A stretch of DNA of 59,625 nt, filler included. It is 4 parts of 4 records of this genome, joined end to end, with 100 filler letters (N's around TTAATTAATTAA, not from the genome) between each part and the next. Parts side by side here need not be neighbours in the genome. Positions count along the whole stretch, not along the records: positions 28,600 to 45,727 come from SRR31147125_15066; 3 more parts are not named here. One strand, 5' to 3'. Each line of letters opens with the position of its first letter. The first letter of the stretch is position 1. This document shows, in pieces, positions 33,854-44,143 of this stretch. The notes under the pieces were generated by a model that was given only the letters and a program-made list of their open reading frames with translations, searched no databases and was not told where the DNA came from. The position numbers and the translations under genes are program-made.

Positions 33854-35095
33854 ATGAATTCACGTGAACGAATAATAGCGGCTATTGAGCACAGGGAACC
33901 GGACAAGGTCCCACTGGATCTTGGCTCTACACCCAGTTCCGGTATTTCGGCTATCGCTTATAATAATTTGAAACAACACCTGGGATTCACAAAGGGGTAT
34001 ACTCGCGTCTATGATGTGGTCCAACAGTTAGCTGAACCGGAGGATGATATCCTTGATTACCTAAAGATCGATGTTGTTGACATTGGCAGAATGTTCAACG
34101 ATAAAGATAAGGACTGGTATAACGTTAAACTGGCTGATGATTCTAAAGCACAATATCCTGCCTGGTTCAAACCTGTTGTAAGGGAGAATGGAGTCACTGA
34201 AGCAGAGGTCAATGGCGAGGTGATTGCCCGGCAACCAATTGATGGAACTTTTTTTGATCAAACATACTTTCCTTATCTTGATGCTTATCCGGATAGCTTT
34301 AAAGGCTTACCTGAGGCAATGAAAAAAGTTCTGTGGGCGGCCCTTGTCCATAGTCCATGGGATCATGCTTCTGAACCGGATTTTTGGCAAAAGCTTCGGG
34401 AAAAGACCATAAAACTTCGCCAGAATACAAATCGTGCCCTGATGGTTGTGTGTGGCTGCAACTTGTTCGAGTGGGGAACCTTTTTACGGCGAATGGATAA
34501 CTTTCTCATGGATATCCTGATGGATCCGGTTCATGTCGAAGCCTTGTTGGACGCTTTAATGGAAATCCATCTGGACACTCTTGAGAAGGTCTGTAAAGCT
34601 GTAGGGGATGTCGTCGATATTCTGCGTTTTGGTGATGACCTGGGCATGCTGCATGGACCGTTCATGTCACCCGCTTCCTATAAACAGATTTTCAAACCCC
34701 GACATAAACTGTTAAACGAGTATGTTCACAAAAACAGTAACATGAAAACATTTCTACATTCCTGTGGTTCGATCTATGCTTTGATGCCTGACTTGATTGA
34801 GGCAGGTTACGATGTTATTAATCCTGTACAGACGAATTGCCGGGACATGGATCCGAAGATTCTAAAAAAGGAATTCGGTAAAAGTATTACCTTTTGGGGA
34901 GGAGGCTGTGATACCGCTTCTGTTCTGAACAACGCAACTCCAAAGCAGGTAAAGGAGCATGTTCTCGAAAGACTTGGTATATTTTCACTTGGTGGTGGTT
35001 TTGTCTTTAACACGATTCACAATATCCTTCCAGAAGTTCAGGCAGAGAACATTGTGGCCTTATTTGAAGCTGTGAATGAATTCAATGGAAGGTGA
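33854..35095 (+). CDS. Uroporphyrinogen decarboxylase / MtaA-CmuA methyltransferase superfamily protein
   Basis: MNSRERI..HREPDKVPLD start, GDDLG, HSCG, NPVQ, FWGGGCDT, GGFVFNTIHNI. Confidence 0.85.
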   Translation: MNSRERIIAAIEHREPDKVPLDLGSTPSSGISAIAYNNLKQHLGFTKGYTRVYDVVQQLAEPEDDILDYLKIDVVDIGRMFNDKDKDWYNVKLADDSKAQYPAWFKPVVRENGVTEAEVNGEVIARQPIDGTFFDQTYFPYLDAYPDSFKGLPEAMKKVLWAALVHSPWDHASEPDFWQKLREKTIKLRQNTNRALMVVCGCNLFEWGTFLRRMDNFLMDILMDPVHVEALLDALMEIHLDTLEKVCKAVGDVVDILRFGDDLGMLHGPFMSPASYKQIFKPRHKLLNEYVHKNSNMKTFLHSCGSIYALMPDLIEAGYDVINPVQTNCRDMDPKILKKEFGKSITFWGGGCDTASVLNNATPKQVKEHVLERLGIFSLGGGFVFNTIHNILPEVQAENIVALFEAVNEFNGR

Positions 35096-35248
35096 TTCAC
35101 TATTATTAGCAGAGCTTTTATTTAATAGGTGTTGTTAAAATAAAATGAATTGTGTAAAATATCAAAAGTTTTTACTTATGGGTATGAAAAGAATATAACT
35201 CAAGAATAATACCAATTACATGTTTTAAAAAAAATGGGAGTAACAGCC

Positions 35249-36400
35249 ATGGAGAGAATTTTTTTAACGATCTTTTTACTTTGTGCCTTTGTAACCATTT
35301 ACGCCCAGGAAGCATTTAATGGTTTGAACGTCGATATGAGCAACTTGTATCGACTCTCAAATGCAAAAACACGATCGATTAGTCCGGAGAATTTTACCGG
35401 TGAAAAGGGCAAAGGTGGCATGGCTACCCTGGAAGAGGGAAGTGCCGCAAAAGCAGCCCGTGATTTGGGCCAGGGATGGAAGGTGAATCCCTATATCCGC
35501 ATTAAATCCAAAGAAGTATTTACATTAGCTGAGATTGATGGCCCGGGTGCTATTCAACATATCTGGATGACCCCTGCAGGCACCTGGAGATATTCGATTC
35601 TCAGGTTTTACTGGGATGATGAGACAGAGCCGTCTATTGAAGTGCCGGTTGGTGATTTCTTTGCAGCTGCATACGAATATAAACAAATTTCTTCATTGCC
35701 TGTGGCTGTGAATCCTGGCAGCGCATTTAACTGTTACTGGGTGATGCCATTCCATAAAAAGTGTAGAATAACGATGGAGAATATTGGTGAGAAGGAAATG
35801 ACTCTATACTATCAGATTGATTACACCCTGACAGATATTCCAAAGGATGCTGCCTATTTCCATGCTCAATTTCGGCGGGAAAATCCTGTACCTTACAAAG
35901 AGGTTTACACGATTGTGGACGGGATAAAAGGCAAAGGACAGTTTGTTGGTACCTACATGGCCTGGCAAACAAATAACAATGGTTGGTGGGGAGAGGGGGA
36001 AATCAAGTTTTATATGGACGGAGATAAGGAATTTCCTACCATCTGTGGCACAGGTACAGAGGACTATTTTTGTGGTTCCTATGGCTTTGCAGGTAATACG
36101 GACAAAGGCCGGCAGTATATTGATTACACCACCCCATATGTGGGATTTCATGTGATTAGACCGGATGAAAATCTTTTGAGAAAATCACAAACCCGGTTTG
36201 GTATGTATCGATGGCATATTCAGGATCCGGTGCGTTTTGAAAAAGATTTAAAGGTGACCATGCAGGCTTTGGGATGGCGCAGTGGTGGTCGTTATCTGCC
36301 TTTGCAGGATGATATCGCTTCTGTTGCCTTTTGGTACCAACAAGAGCCGCATCATTCGTTTCCTAAATTACCATCTAAAGACGATTTGGAAATACAATAG
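35249..36400 (+). CDS. Secreted DUF2961 / glycoside hydrolase family 172 protein
   Basis: Signal peptide; TRSISPENFTGEKGKGG, GPGAIQHIW, WWGEGEIKF, GTGTEDYF, YRWHIQDP. Confidence 0.92.
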   Translation: MERIFLTIFLLCAFVTIYAQEAFNGLNVDMSNLYRLSNAKTRSISPENFTGEKGKGGMATLEEGSAAKAARDLGQGWKVNPYIRIKSKEVFTLAEIDGPGAIQHIWMTPAGTWRYSILRFYWDDETEPSIEVPVGDFFAAAYEYKQISSLPVAVNPGSAFNCYWVMPFHKKCRITMENIGEKEMTLYYQIDYTLTDIPKDAAYFHAQFRRENPVPYKEVYTIVDGIKGKGQFVGTYMAWQTNNNGWWGEGEIKFYMDGDKEFPTICGTGTEDYFCGSYGFAGNTDKGRQYIDYTTPYVGFHVIRPDENLLRKSQTRFGMYRWHIQDPVRFEKDLKVTMQALGWRSGGRYLPLQDDIASVAFWYQQEPHHSFPKLPSKDDLEIQ

Positions 36401-36614
36401 GAAAGAATCAGCTTGCAAAAGAAAAGTGACAGGTGACTGTCTGCAGCAGGCGCGAAGCTGTAATCAGTAATCCCTGTTACTTATAATATGTTGACCTGGT
36501 TTAAGCTTGATTTAAATAAAAGCGTGATCAGGCCTTAAAAAGCTGTATAGGGATTTTAAGTGATAGCCTGATTTTAATTCTCTTTCTAAAGCAGGTTTCA
36601 ATTTTCAGTTACAT

Positions 36615-36655
36615 AAAAAAAGGATCAATATCATACACATATTGATCCTTTTTTT
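36615..36655. terminator. Bidirectional terminator between convergent operons
   Basis: Perfect 17-bp inverted repeat AAAAAAAGGATCAATAT / ATATTGATCCTTTTTTT. Confidence 0.8.
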
Positions 36656-36888
36656 GTTGCAGAAAACAGGTCCCGTAAAGCCTTTTCAAAATTTAATGTG
36701 GAGGACAGCTTTACATTATGTCAGTTAGCCGAGCGCTTTATGGGAAGACATGTCGAAAATATTGTCTGGGTAAATATTTTTGTGAATGTCGTTTTTCCTG
36801 GATCGTGATAAAGAATAGGCAATTGCCTGAAAAAGGATTTTCAATTTATCCTATATAGCCTTTTTATATCATCCGATCTCTGATTTAT

Positions 36889-38214
36889 CTATTTCGTTTC
36901 TGATTGTGCTTCATAACTGTCGGCATTCCAGGTGAAAATGAATAATAGAGCAGCCATTAATGCAGCCAGAACCAGTACCAAAAAAACAGCATCCCAGCCA
37001 TGGTGGTCAACCGTATAACCGAGCCCCCATCCTGACAGAATACCGCTCAGGTAGCCAAAAATTCCGGTTAAACCATTGGCCGATGCGGCAGCTCTTTTAG
37101 AAGCAAGGTTTGCCGCAATGACACCGACAAGACATTGCGGACCGTATATGAAAAATCCAATAGAACATAATAATAAGGTATAAATCAGTTCAGAGTGAAC
37201 AGGTAATTTCCAGAAAAGTAAAATACTTGTAGCACAGGCCAGCATATAAAAGAAACAGGCGCGTCCACCATGGGATTTAAAGATATAGTCCATCATCCAT
37301 CCTCCGACAAGCATACCGATTATGCCAAAGCCTTCATAACCGGCAACCATCCATCCGGCATGGTGTAATTCTGTACCTTTCATTTCTGTTAGAAAGGTGG
37401 GTCCCCAGTCAAGAATGGCATAGCGAACCGTATAAAGGAAAAAATTGGCAAAACTGAGAATCCACATAACCGGATTTTTAAAAACATGCTGTATGACAAA
37501 TTTTTTAAAACTTTGGTCTGAAAAACCAGGTTCTTTAAATGTCGTTGGTTCTTTGTACAGTTCAACAGGAGGGAGGCCTAAAGATTCGGGTGTATCCCGT
37601 AAACGGTTCACTAAAAAGAACACTCCCATAAAGGCAAGGGCGGCAGGTACATAAAAACACAAACGCCAGTCGTACAGGACCAGGAAGCTATTTAATAATA
37701 AAACCAAAGCAGCACCAATGGAATGGGATGTATTCCATATGGCGAACTTTGTTCCCCTTTCTTTTACAGAAAACCAGTTCGTTAAACTATGAGCGCAGGG
37801 TGGAAATCCCATCCCCTGAAACCAACCGTTCAGGAGCCAGAAGGTACCAAAAGCCAAAACCGTACTGCTCATACCAAAGAATAAGCTCATAAAAGCTGAA
37901 AGAGCTAACCCGGTTGCCATAAAGTAGCGTGGATTCACACGATCACCGAGAATACCATTTGTAAATCTGGATATACCATAAAGAACGCCATTAATAGTTA
38001 AAAACAGACCCAGATCGGCTTTGGAAATTCCCAATTCGGCTTCCATACCAGGCATGGCAAGCGACAGGTTTTTGCGAACAAAATAAAAAAGCGCATAGCC
38101 AATCATGGTGGAATACATAATGCGAATTCGCCAGTAACGGTATTGTTTTTTGATCTCATTTGGATTGGTAATTGTCTGGGCTTTGGGTGGAACGGTTTTG
38201 TACAGATCAAACAT
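36889..38214 (-). CDS. MFS organophosphate:Pi antiporter (GlpT/UhpC/PgtP family)
   Basis: YRYWRIRI, GYALFYFVRKN, NGWFQGMGFPPC, WNTSHSIG, RDTPESLGLPP, FFIYGPQ, ANGLTGIFGY. Confidence 0.9.
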   Translation of the reverse strand: MFDLYKTVPPKAQTITNPNEIKKQYRYWRIRIMYSTMIGYALFYFVRKNLSLAMPGMEAELGISKADLGLFLTINGVLYGISRFTNGILGDRVNPRYFMATGLALSAFMSLFFGMSSTVLAFGTFWLLNGWFQGMGFPPCAHSLTNWFSVKERGTKFAIWNTSHSIGAALVLLLNSFLVLYDWRLCFYVPAALAFMGVFFLVNRLRDTPESLGLPPVELYKEPTTFKEPGFSDQSFKKFVIQHVFKNPVMWILSFANFFLYTVRYAILDWGPTFLTEMKGTELHHAGWMVAGYEGFGIIGMLVGGWMMDYIFKSHGGRACFFYMLACATSILLFWKLPVHSELIYTLLLCSIGFFIYGPQCLVGVIAANLASKRAAASANGLTGIFGYLSGILSGWGLGYTVDHHGWDAVFLVLVLAALMAALLFIFTWNADSYEAQSETK

Positions 38215-38376
38215 GTCAGCGTATCCCTTTCCAGTTTGAGTTTCGTTATCAGTAGAGCGGATGCGATAGAAAATGCGTCAACAAAGGTACTAAAAAATCA
38301 GGCAAAATAACAGGTCATATGTGATGAAAAGTTATTTTTTACGTAAATCTTGCAGTGAATTAAAAGATAGATAACA

Positions 38377-38769
38377 TTATCGAATGTTTTCCGTTTTGGC
38401 CATACTTCTTGTTGCTACCAGATCTGCGCCAGTATTTAAAATATTTTCTATTAAAATATCGCCCATATTTATAGGAGCGTCTAATTGGATGGAATTAATG
38501 ATATTCATACATGCAAAATTTAATTTTTTGGGAATGGCCTTACTGGTTTTGACAGGAAGTCTCTTAAGATATGTGTGATTTATTTTGACTGTAGATGTGA
38601 TCACACGGGTTGGATTTGTAAGTTCCTTTATGGCATAGTCAATGCCCTTTTTGCATGAATTTCCTGTCACTTTATAACCACTTTTTTCTCCATCATTTTT
38701 TGTGATTGTCAAACGACATCCCATTGGGCAGTTAATACAAATCAGATTTTTAGAATCGTTCGTATTCAT
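38377..38769 (-). CDS. DUF1667 CxxC-containing small subunit
   Basis: CINCPMGC...GNSCKKG..YA..E...PTRVITSTV, LPVKTS; third gene of the G3P-dehydrogenase-like module. Confidence 0.88.
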   Translation of the reverse strand: MNTNDSKNLICINCPMGCRLTITKNDGEKSGYKVTGNSCKKGIDYAIKELTNPTRVITSTVKINHTYLKRLPVKTSKAIPKKLNFACMNIINSIQLDAPINMGDILIENILNTGADLVATRSMAKTENIR

Positions 38770-38778
38770 ATTTAATCC

Positions 38779-40042
38779 TTAATCAACTCGAAGAGTTATG
38801 TCCTGTATCGAATGGTCTGCAAATATATCGGCGTTTAATTTTATTTTTTCCATTTCACCTGGTGCCAGATGTCTTTTTAATACTTTTTAGTAATTTCCCA
38901 TTGCTCATGATGTTCAGGTTTGTATCTTTATAGACCCGACGTACCCGGAAAAAGAGTTCCAGTTTATCCTCAATGTTTTCAATTCTTATTTTCTGCGGTA
39001 CAATATAACTGACTCCCTCACCAGCCTTGACGAATACGTTTTTGTTTTTATTGTCGAATTTTCCTTTAATATAAAGGGCGGCATTGCGTCCGGCGCGCCT
39101 GCTTTCTTCGGTGACAAAATCAACTAAATCGTGAACATGAACAACATTACCGCAGGCAAAAATACCCTCAATAGAGGTTTCCATTGCTTCGTTAACAACA
39201 GGTCCCCGGGTAACCGGATCAAGTTCGATACCTGCTTTTTGTGTTAGTTCATTTTCCGGAATCAGTCCAACAGAGAGAAGAAGTGTGTCACATTCGTATT
39301 CTATTTCAGTGTTTGGATCAGGTTTTCTATTTTTATCCACCTGAGCAACCATAACACTTTCTAATCTATCATGGCCTTTTATTTTCACAATAGTATGATT
39401 TAATAACAGGGGGATATCATAATCATCAAGACATTGAACGATGTTCCGTGCAAGTCCGCTGGAATAGGGCATGATTTCCACAACAGCCTCTACGCTTGCG
39501 CCTTCGAGTGTTAATCTCCGGGCCATAATAAGACCGATGTCACCGGATCCTAATATAATGGCTTTTTTACCAACCATGTACCCTTCCATGTTGATGAAAC
39601 GTTGAGCACAACCGGCCGTATAAATCCCGGCAGGGCGTGTACCTGGTATAGCCAGTGCTCCCCTGGTTCGCTCACGGCAGCCCATGCACAGTATGATGGC
39701 TTTGGCACGGATCTGCATGAGGCCATCCTGATTGTTGATGGCTGTTATGGTTTTATCAGCAGCCATGTGCAAAACCATCGTGTTTAATTTATACTCGATT
39801 TTCTCTGATGCCAAAAGAGTGATAAACCTTTCCGCGTATTCCGGACCTGTTAATTGTTCTTTAAATATGTGAAGACCAAAGCCATTATGAATACATTGCT
39901 GAAGGATACCTCCTAATTCCCGATCTCGTTCAACAACTAAAATTCGATTTACGCCGTTATTCTTTGCTTCCAGTGCCGCTGCAAGTCCAGCCGGCCCACC
40001 TCCGATTACAATCAGATCGTATTCGCTCATATTGTTATCCAC
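38779..40042 (-). CDS. FAD/NAD(P)-dependent pyridine nucleotide-disulfide oxidoreductase (C-terminal frameshift near 38875)
   Basis: GGGPAGLAAA, GGILQQCIHNGFG, GCRERTRG, GSGDIGLIMARR, ACGNVVHVHDLVD; shifted frame continues RHLAPGEME... to a stop at 38779. Confidence 0.88.
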
Positions 40043-40072
40043 GTGATATTAATGAAATAATCAAACATGTTG

Positions 40073-41509
40073 TCAATTTGCCCTTTTCGTTTTGCCGGTC
40101 AAAAGGAAGGAATCGTGATTATCTTTTACAATGTTTTCAATTTTTTCATCGAGTTCTCTTGCCAGGATGTCTATGACGCGAGGCAGACAAAATCCACCCT
40201 GACAACGTCCCATTCCCGGTCTGACCCTCTTTTTAATCCCATCCACGGTTCGCGCACCAGCCTTTCGATGAATGGCATCGACAATCTCACCCTCTGTAAT
40301 GCTTTCACATCTGCAAATGATTTTTCCATAGCGTGGATCTTTTTCAATGACTCTTTGTTTGCTTTTATCATCCAGATGTTGAAAATGTATAGTTGGTCTT
40401 CTTTTCGGGTTAAAGTTCTTTTTTACGAGTCCGTCAAAAAAGTGATCGACTAATTGGATTACGAATGTGGCAATGGATGGTGCTGAGGATAAACCAGGCG
40501 ATTTAGTGCCGGCAACATTGATAAATCCTGGAGTGTCAACAGATTCTTTGATGATAAAATCTCCTGTGTCCGGTTCCGCTCTTAATCCGGCAAAAGTGGT
40601 AATGGTTTGATCAAAGGGGATATCCGGAACAGATTTTTTTGCCATTTTTCGGACATACTCTAAACCGTTCTGGGAGGTGTGTAAACTCTGTTTATTATCT
40701 GTATCTTCCGCATTTGGTCCAATAATGATATTTCCATGAACCGTGGGTGTTAAAAGAATTCCTTTCCCCATTTGTCCCGGACACTGGAAAATGACATGGT
40801 TCACCATTGCCCCTGCATTTTTATCCAGAATAAAATATTCACCCTTTCTTGGGCTAATAGAAAAACGCGGCGAGCACACCATGTCGTTTATTTTATCAGT
40901 ATACACACCAGAGCAATTTATCACGACTTTAGATTTTATTTCCTGTTGTGATGTAGCAAGGTGAAAGGTATTGTTTTGTTTTGTAATCCCGAGGATCTCA
41001 TTGTTTAGAAAGAGCTCCACGCCGTTTTCGATCGCATTTTCAGCTAATGCAATAGCCAACTCCCAGGGGCCTATAATACCACAACCTGGAGCATACAGAG
41101 CTCCGGTTACATCTTTGGATAGATATGGTTCACGCTCTAGAACTTCTTTTTTATCAAGTATTTTTAAATCCGGTATCTTGTTAGCCAGACCTCTCTGATA
41201 TAATTCAGATAGTGTATTCAATTCATTCTTGTTAAAAGCAACAACCAGTGAGCCAATTCTTTTGAACGGAACGTCCAGTTCTCCACAAATGTGGTCGAAT
41301 AGAGGATTACCACTGGCATTAAATTTTGCCATCAGTGTCCCTGGTTTGGCATCATATCCGGCGTGAATAATTGCACTATTTGCTTTTGTCGTTCCGTTTG
41401 CGACATCATTTTCTTTATCGATAAGGTTTATCTTCAAGTCATAGCGGGATAACTCTCTGGCTATAAACGTTCCAATGATCCCTGCACCGATAATGCTCAC
41501 GTCATACAT
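40073..41509 (-). CDS. FAD-dependent oxidoreductase with BFD-like [2Fe-2S] domain (glycerol-3-phosphate dehydrogenase / LhgO-like)
   Basis: IIGAGIIG, TTKANSAIIHAGYD, PRKGEY, SPGLSSAP, CRCE...GRCQGGFC. Confidence 0.9.
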   Translation of the reverse strand: MYDVSIIGAGIIGTFIARELSRYDLKINLIDKENDVANGTTKANSAIIHAGYDAKPGTLMAKFNASGNPLFDHICGELDVPFKRIGSLVVAFNKNELNTLSELYQRGLANKIPDLKILDKKEVLEREPYLSKDVTGALYAPGCGIIGPWELAIALAENAIENGVELFLNNEILGITKQNNTFHLATSQQEIKSKVVINCSGVYTDKINDMVCSPRFSISPRKGEYFILDKNAGAMVNHVIFQCPGQMGKGILLTPTVHGNIIIGPNAEDTDNKQSLHTSQNGLEYVRKMAKKSVPDIPFDQTITTFAGLRAEPDTGDFIIKESVDTPGFINVAGTKSPGLSSAPSIATFVIQLVDHFFDGLVKKNFNPKRRPTIHFQHLDDKSKQRVIEKDPRYGKIICRCESITEGEIVDAIHRKAGARTVDGIKKRVRPGMGRCQGGFCLPRVIDILARELDEKIENIVKDNHDSFLLTGKTKRAN

Positions 41510-41587
41510 TTATTTTATCCTGTTGTTACTGTTTTCAATAAATTAAGAGTAAATCTATAAAGTGCTGTTGTTATGAATCGGCAAAAG

Positions 41588-42556
41588 TCAGGATGTTTGT
41601 TTTTCATATTCAATCAAAATTTCGGCTGCTGTTTCATTATCTGTGATCAAAGAGTTGATCAATTTCCCTTTTATGGCGCCCAGTATGGCCTTTGCTCTAT
41701 TTTTTCCGCTTGTAACAGCGATCACTTTTGGTGTCTTTCTTAATTGTTCCAGGCTCATACTGATGACGCGATCTCTATATTCCGTTTCACATTCATTACC
41801 TTGATCATTGTAGAATCGTCCGCATATTTCACCTATCACTCCTTTTTGCTCCAATCTGTGTGCATCGTCGGGCTTTAAAAAGCCGCGATCGATAAATACA
41901 GAATCAGATAACACACCGATACCCACAAGGGCTATATGAGCATTGTTCATTTGTTCGAGAACAGCTTTTACCTGTTCGTGTTCAATAAAAATATCTCTTG
42001 ATTTCTTGTCAGGTGCTATGGCTGGAGTTTGTAACTGATAAAATCGACCATTCCATTTTTTTGCACATTTTCTGCCTAATTCAATCGCATCATAATCATG
42101 AATGTTGGCATCAATTTGACCCATTGTTTGCAGAACAACAATACCGGGTGTTGATCGTTCCGGTTTCATTTTTTCAACAAGTTGATGGATTTGTCGGCCT
42201 GCTGAAATACAAATGACATTGTTGGGATGGAAAAGGGAGCTAATTTCTGGTGCAGCATAATGGGCGACGGTCCGGTGGTGTTGTTCCAGGTTTTGCCCAC
42301 TAATGGTTTGGACAACAATGGCGTTTGACAAAGAAAGTTTTTCTATTAATTGGGCTTCAAGATCCTCTTGTCTGGGATAAAAAGGTTCAACGGAAATGCG
42401 AATGATACCTCGTTTGCGGGCCTCGGTCAATAATCTGGACACCTTGGCCTGTGAAACACCCGCCATCCTGGCAACTTCGGCCTGTCCCAAATTATCATTA
42501 TAATAGAGTGAGGCAATCATGGTTAAAAGCTGATCATCATATTTTTTATAGTTCAT
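41588..42556 (-). CDS. SorC/DeoR family sugar-phosphate-binding transcriptional regulator
   Basis: LYY...QAEVA...SQAKVSRLLTEARKRGII HTH; ALVGIG, GEICGRFY, LITD. Confidence 0.93.
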   Translation of the reverse strand: MNYKKYDDQLLTMIASLYYNDNLGQAEVARMAGVSQAKVSRLLTEARKRGIIRISVEPFYPRQEDLEAQLIEKLSLSNAIVVQTISGQNLEQHHRTVAHYAAPEISSLFHPNNVICISAGRQIHQLVEKMKPERSTPGIVVLQTMGQIDANIHDYDAIELGRKCAKKWNGRFYQLQTPAIAPDKKSRDIFIEHEQVKAVLEQMNNAHIALVGIGVLSDSVFIDRGFLKPDDAHRLEQKGVIGEICGRFYNDQGNECETEYRDRVISMSLEQLRKTPKVIAVTSGKNRAKAILGAIKGKLINSLITDNETAAEILIEYEKQTS

Positions 42557-42698
42557 TTTAATCTTACTCTATATTGATGAAGATGTTTTTTATATTATTT
42601 ACAATTAAGGTTTTTTTTATAATGGCTGAATATTCTGCTGGTGTTGTTGCTTTTTGTTGAGTCGTTTATCGTTTATGGTAATAGTCAATTCCTATTGC

Positions 42699-44065
42699 TT
42701 AGGATTCAAACCAGAAACCTTCGGGCTGGAAAAGGTCATCAACACAGGTGTTCCAACATCCGGATTCCAGGGCAAAATCCAGTATTGTGTAGCGTTTACG
42801 GATCAGTTGTGCCTGACTGTAGCTTTTGTGTAATCTTTTTAGATCAATACCAAAATGAGTTGATTTTGATGGCGCTTGTGCTTTGATAAGCATTTCCTGA
42901 AAGGCATATACCCCAACAAGTTGCGTTTTTAAAGACTTTTTCAAGTCAGGCCAGATAGACCTGGCTTTTAAAAGACGTTTTTCCAGTTCATGCGCATTTA
43001 TATATTTAGCTTCACTTTGTTCCAGTACCTGTTTGAAAACCTGTTCATCCGAAAAATTATCCTGAATTGTTTTTCGTACAGTATTTATATCCGGCCATCG
43101 TTTTTGGATACTATTCATGTTAGTATCTATTTGCGTTGAATCGATCTTTAAGATTCGGTCATATAATGCCTCAGATGCAAGAGAGCCGATAGCGACTTTG
43201 AAGCCATGAGAGGGGGAACACCATTAAACGTGTGATGCTGATTATCCCACAGGTGACTAAACTGATGATCGGCTCCGGAAGCCGGACGCGAGGATTGAGA
43301 TTTTTGCATGGCTAATCCACTCATGATCAGGCCTTCTATTAATTCGGCTAAGGTGGCCAATGTGCCTTCTCTGACCCCGTCCGGATTTGAGGTCCATTGG
43401 CGCAGATGATCCTGTACAATAGACCAGGCTGGTTGAGTGATTGCTTCTATTTCCAGAGCATCGGCAAGTATCCAGTCAGCTCCGGCAGGAATTTTGGCCA
43501 GTAGATCGGCATATCCGGATGCATTCATGCCTTTTGGAGCAGCGGCGATAATATTCAAATCAACGATGACCGCTCTGGGCGCGGGGCAAAAAAAGGTCTG
43601 TTTAAAATCCTGATATGTTATAGATGCCCCATAGGCTGTATAACCATCCATTGATGCAGCTGTCGCAACAGACATGTATTGCCGGTCACAATGATGTGCA
43701 GCCAGTTTTGTCACATCATTTATGGTGCCTGACCCAACAGCAATGGGAATAGCATTATGTGCTGACAAAATCTGTTCCAGTTGTTCGGCATATTTATATT
43801 CGGCATATAAGGATGGATCGTCAAAAATAAATGGATCAATGACCAGTTCGAGTTCATTTTTTAATAATTCGTGAACCTTTTTGCCGGCTGCTTTAAATGT
43901 ATTTGTGTCTGCTATGACGATCGCAGGAGCTGTACCAAAATTTTCTTTAAAATAAAAAGGAACAGATGACAGAGCGTCTGTGTCTATTACAACAGATTTT
44001 GTTGTGTTTGCATGGTATAGTTCTTTATTAATTCGATCCTGAGTTTTTTGGATAGCTAGAGTCAT
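42699..44065 (-). CDS. sn-Glycerol-1-phosphate dehydrogenase family protein (AraM/EgsA-like), split at G-run 43212-43216
   Basis: AVGSGTINDVTK, TAASMDGY, SGYADLLAK, SRPASGADHQFSH; restoring one base gives PSHGFKVAIG and joins ORF 42699-43118. Confidence 0.85.
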
Positions 44066-44143
44066 TGTTTTGGCCTGAATATAAAGTAATTTATGTATCT
44101 TTATTATTTTAGAATGGAAACGTATGGTCTTGATTCGTGTTAG

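Noticed and set aside
42699-44065. G1PDH as proof of archaeal-type lipid synthesis (mixed membrane)
   Set aside because: No GGGP/DGGGP synthase or prenyltransferase is in the window, and the context (transporter, SorC regulator) looks catabolic.
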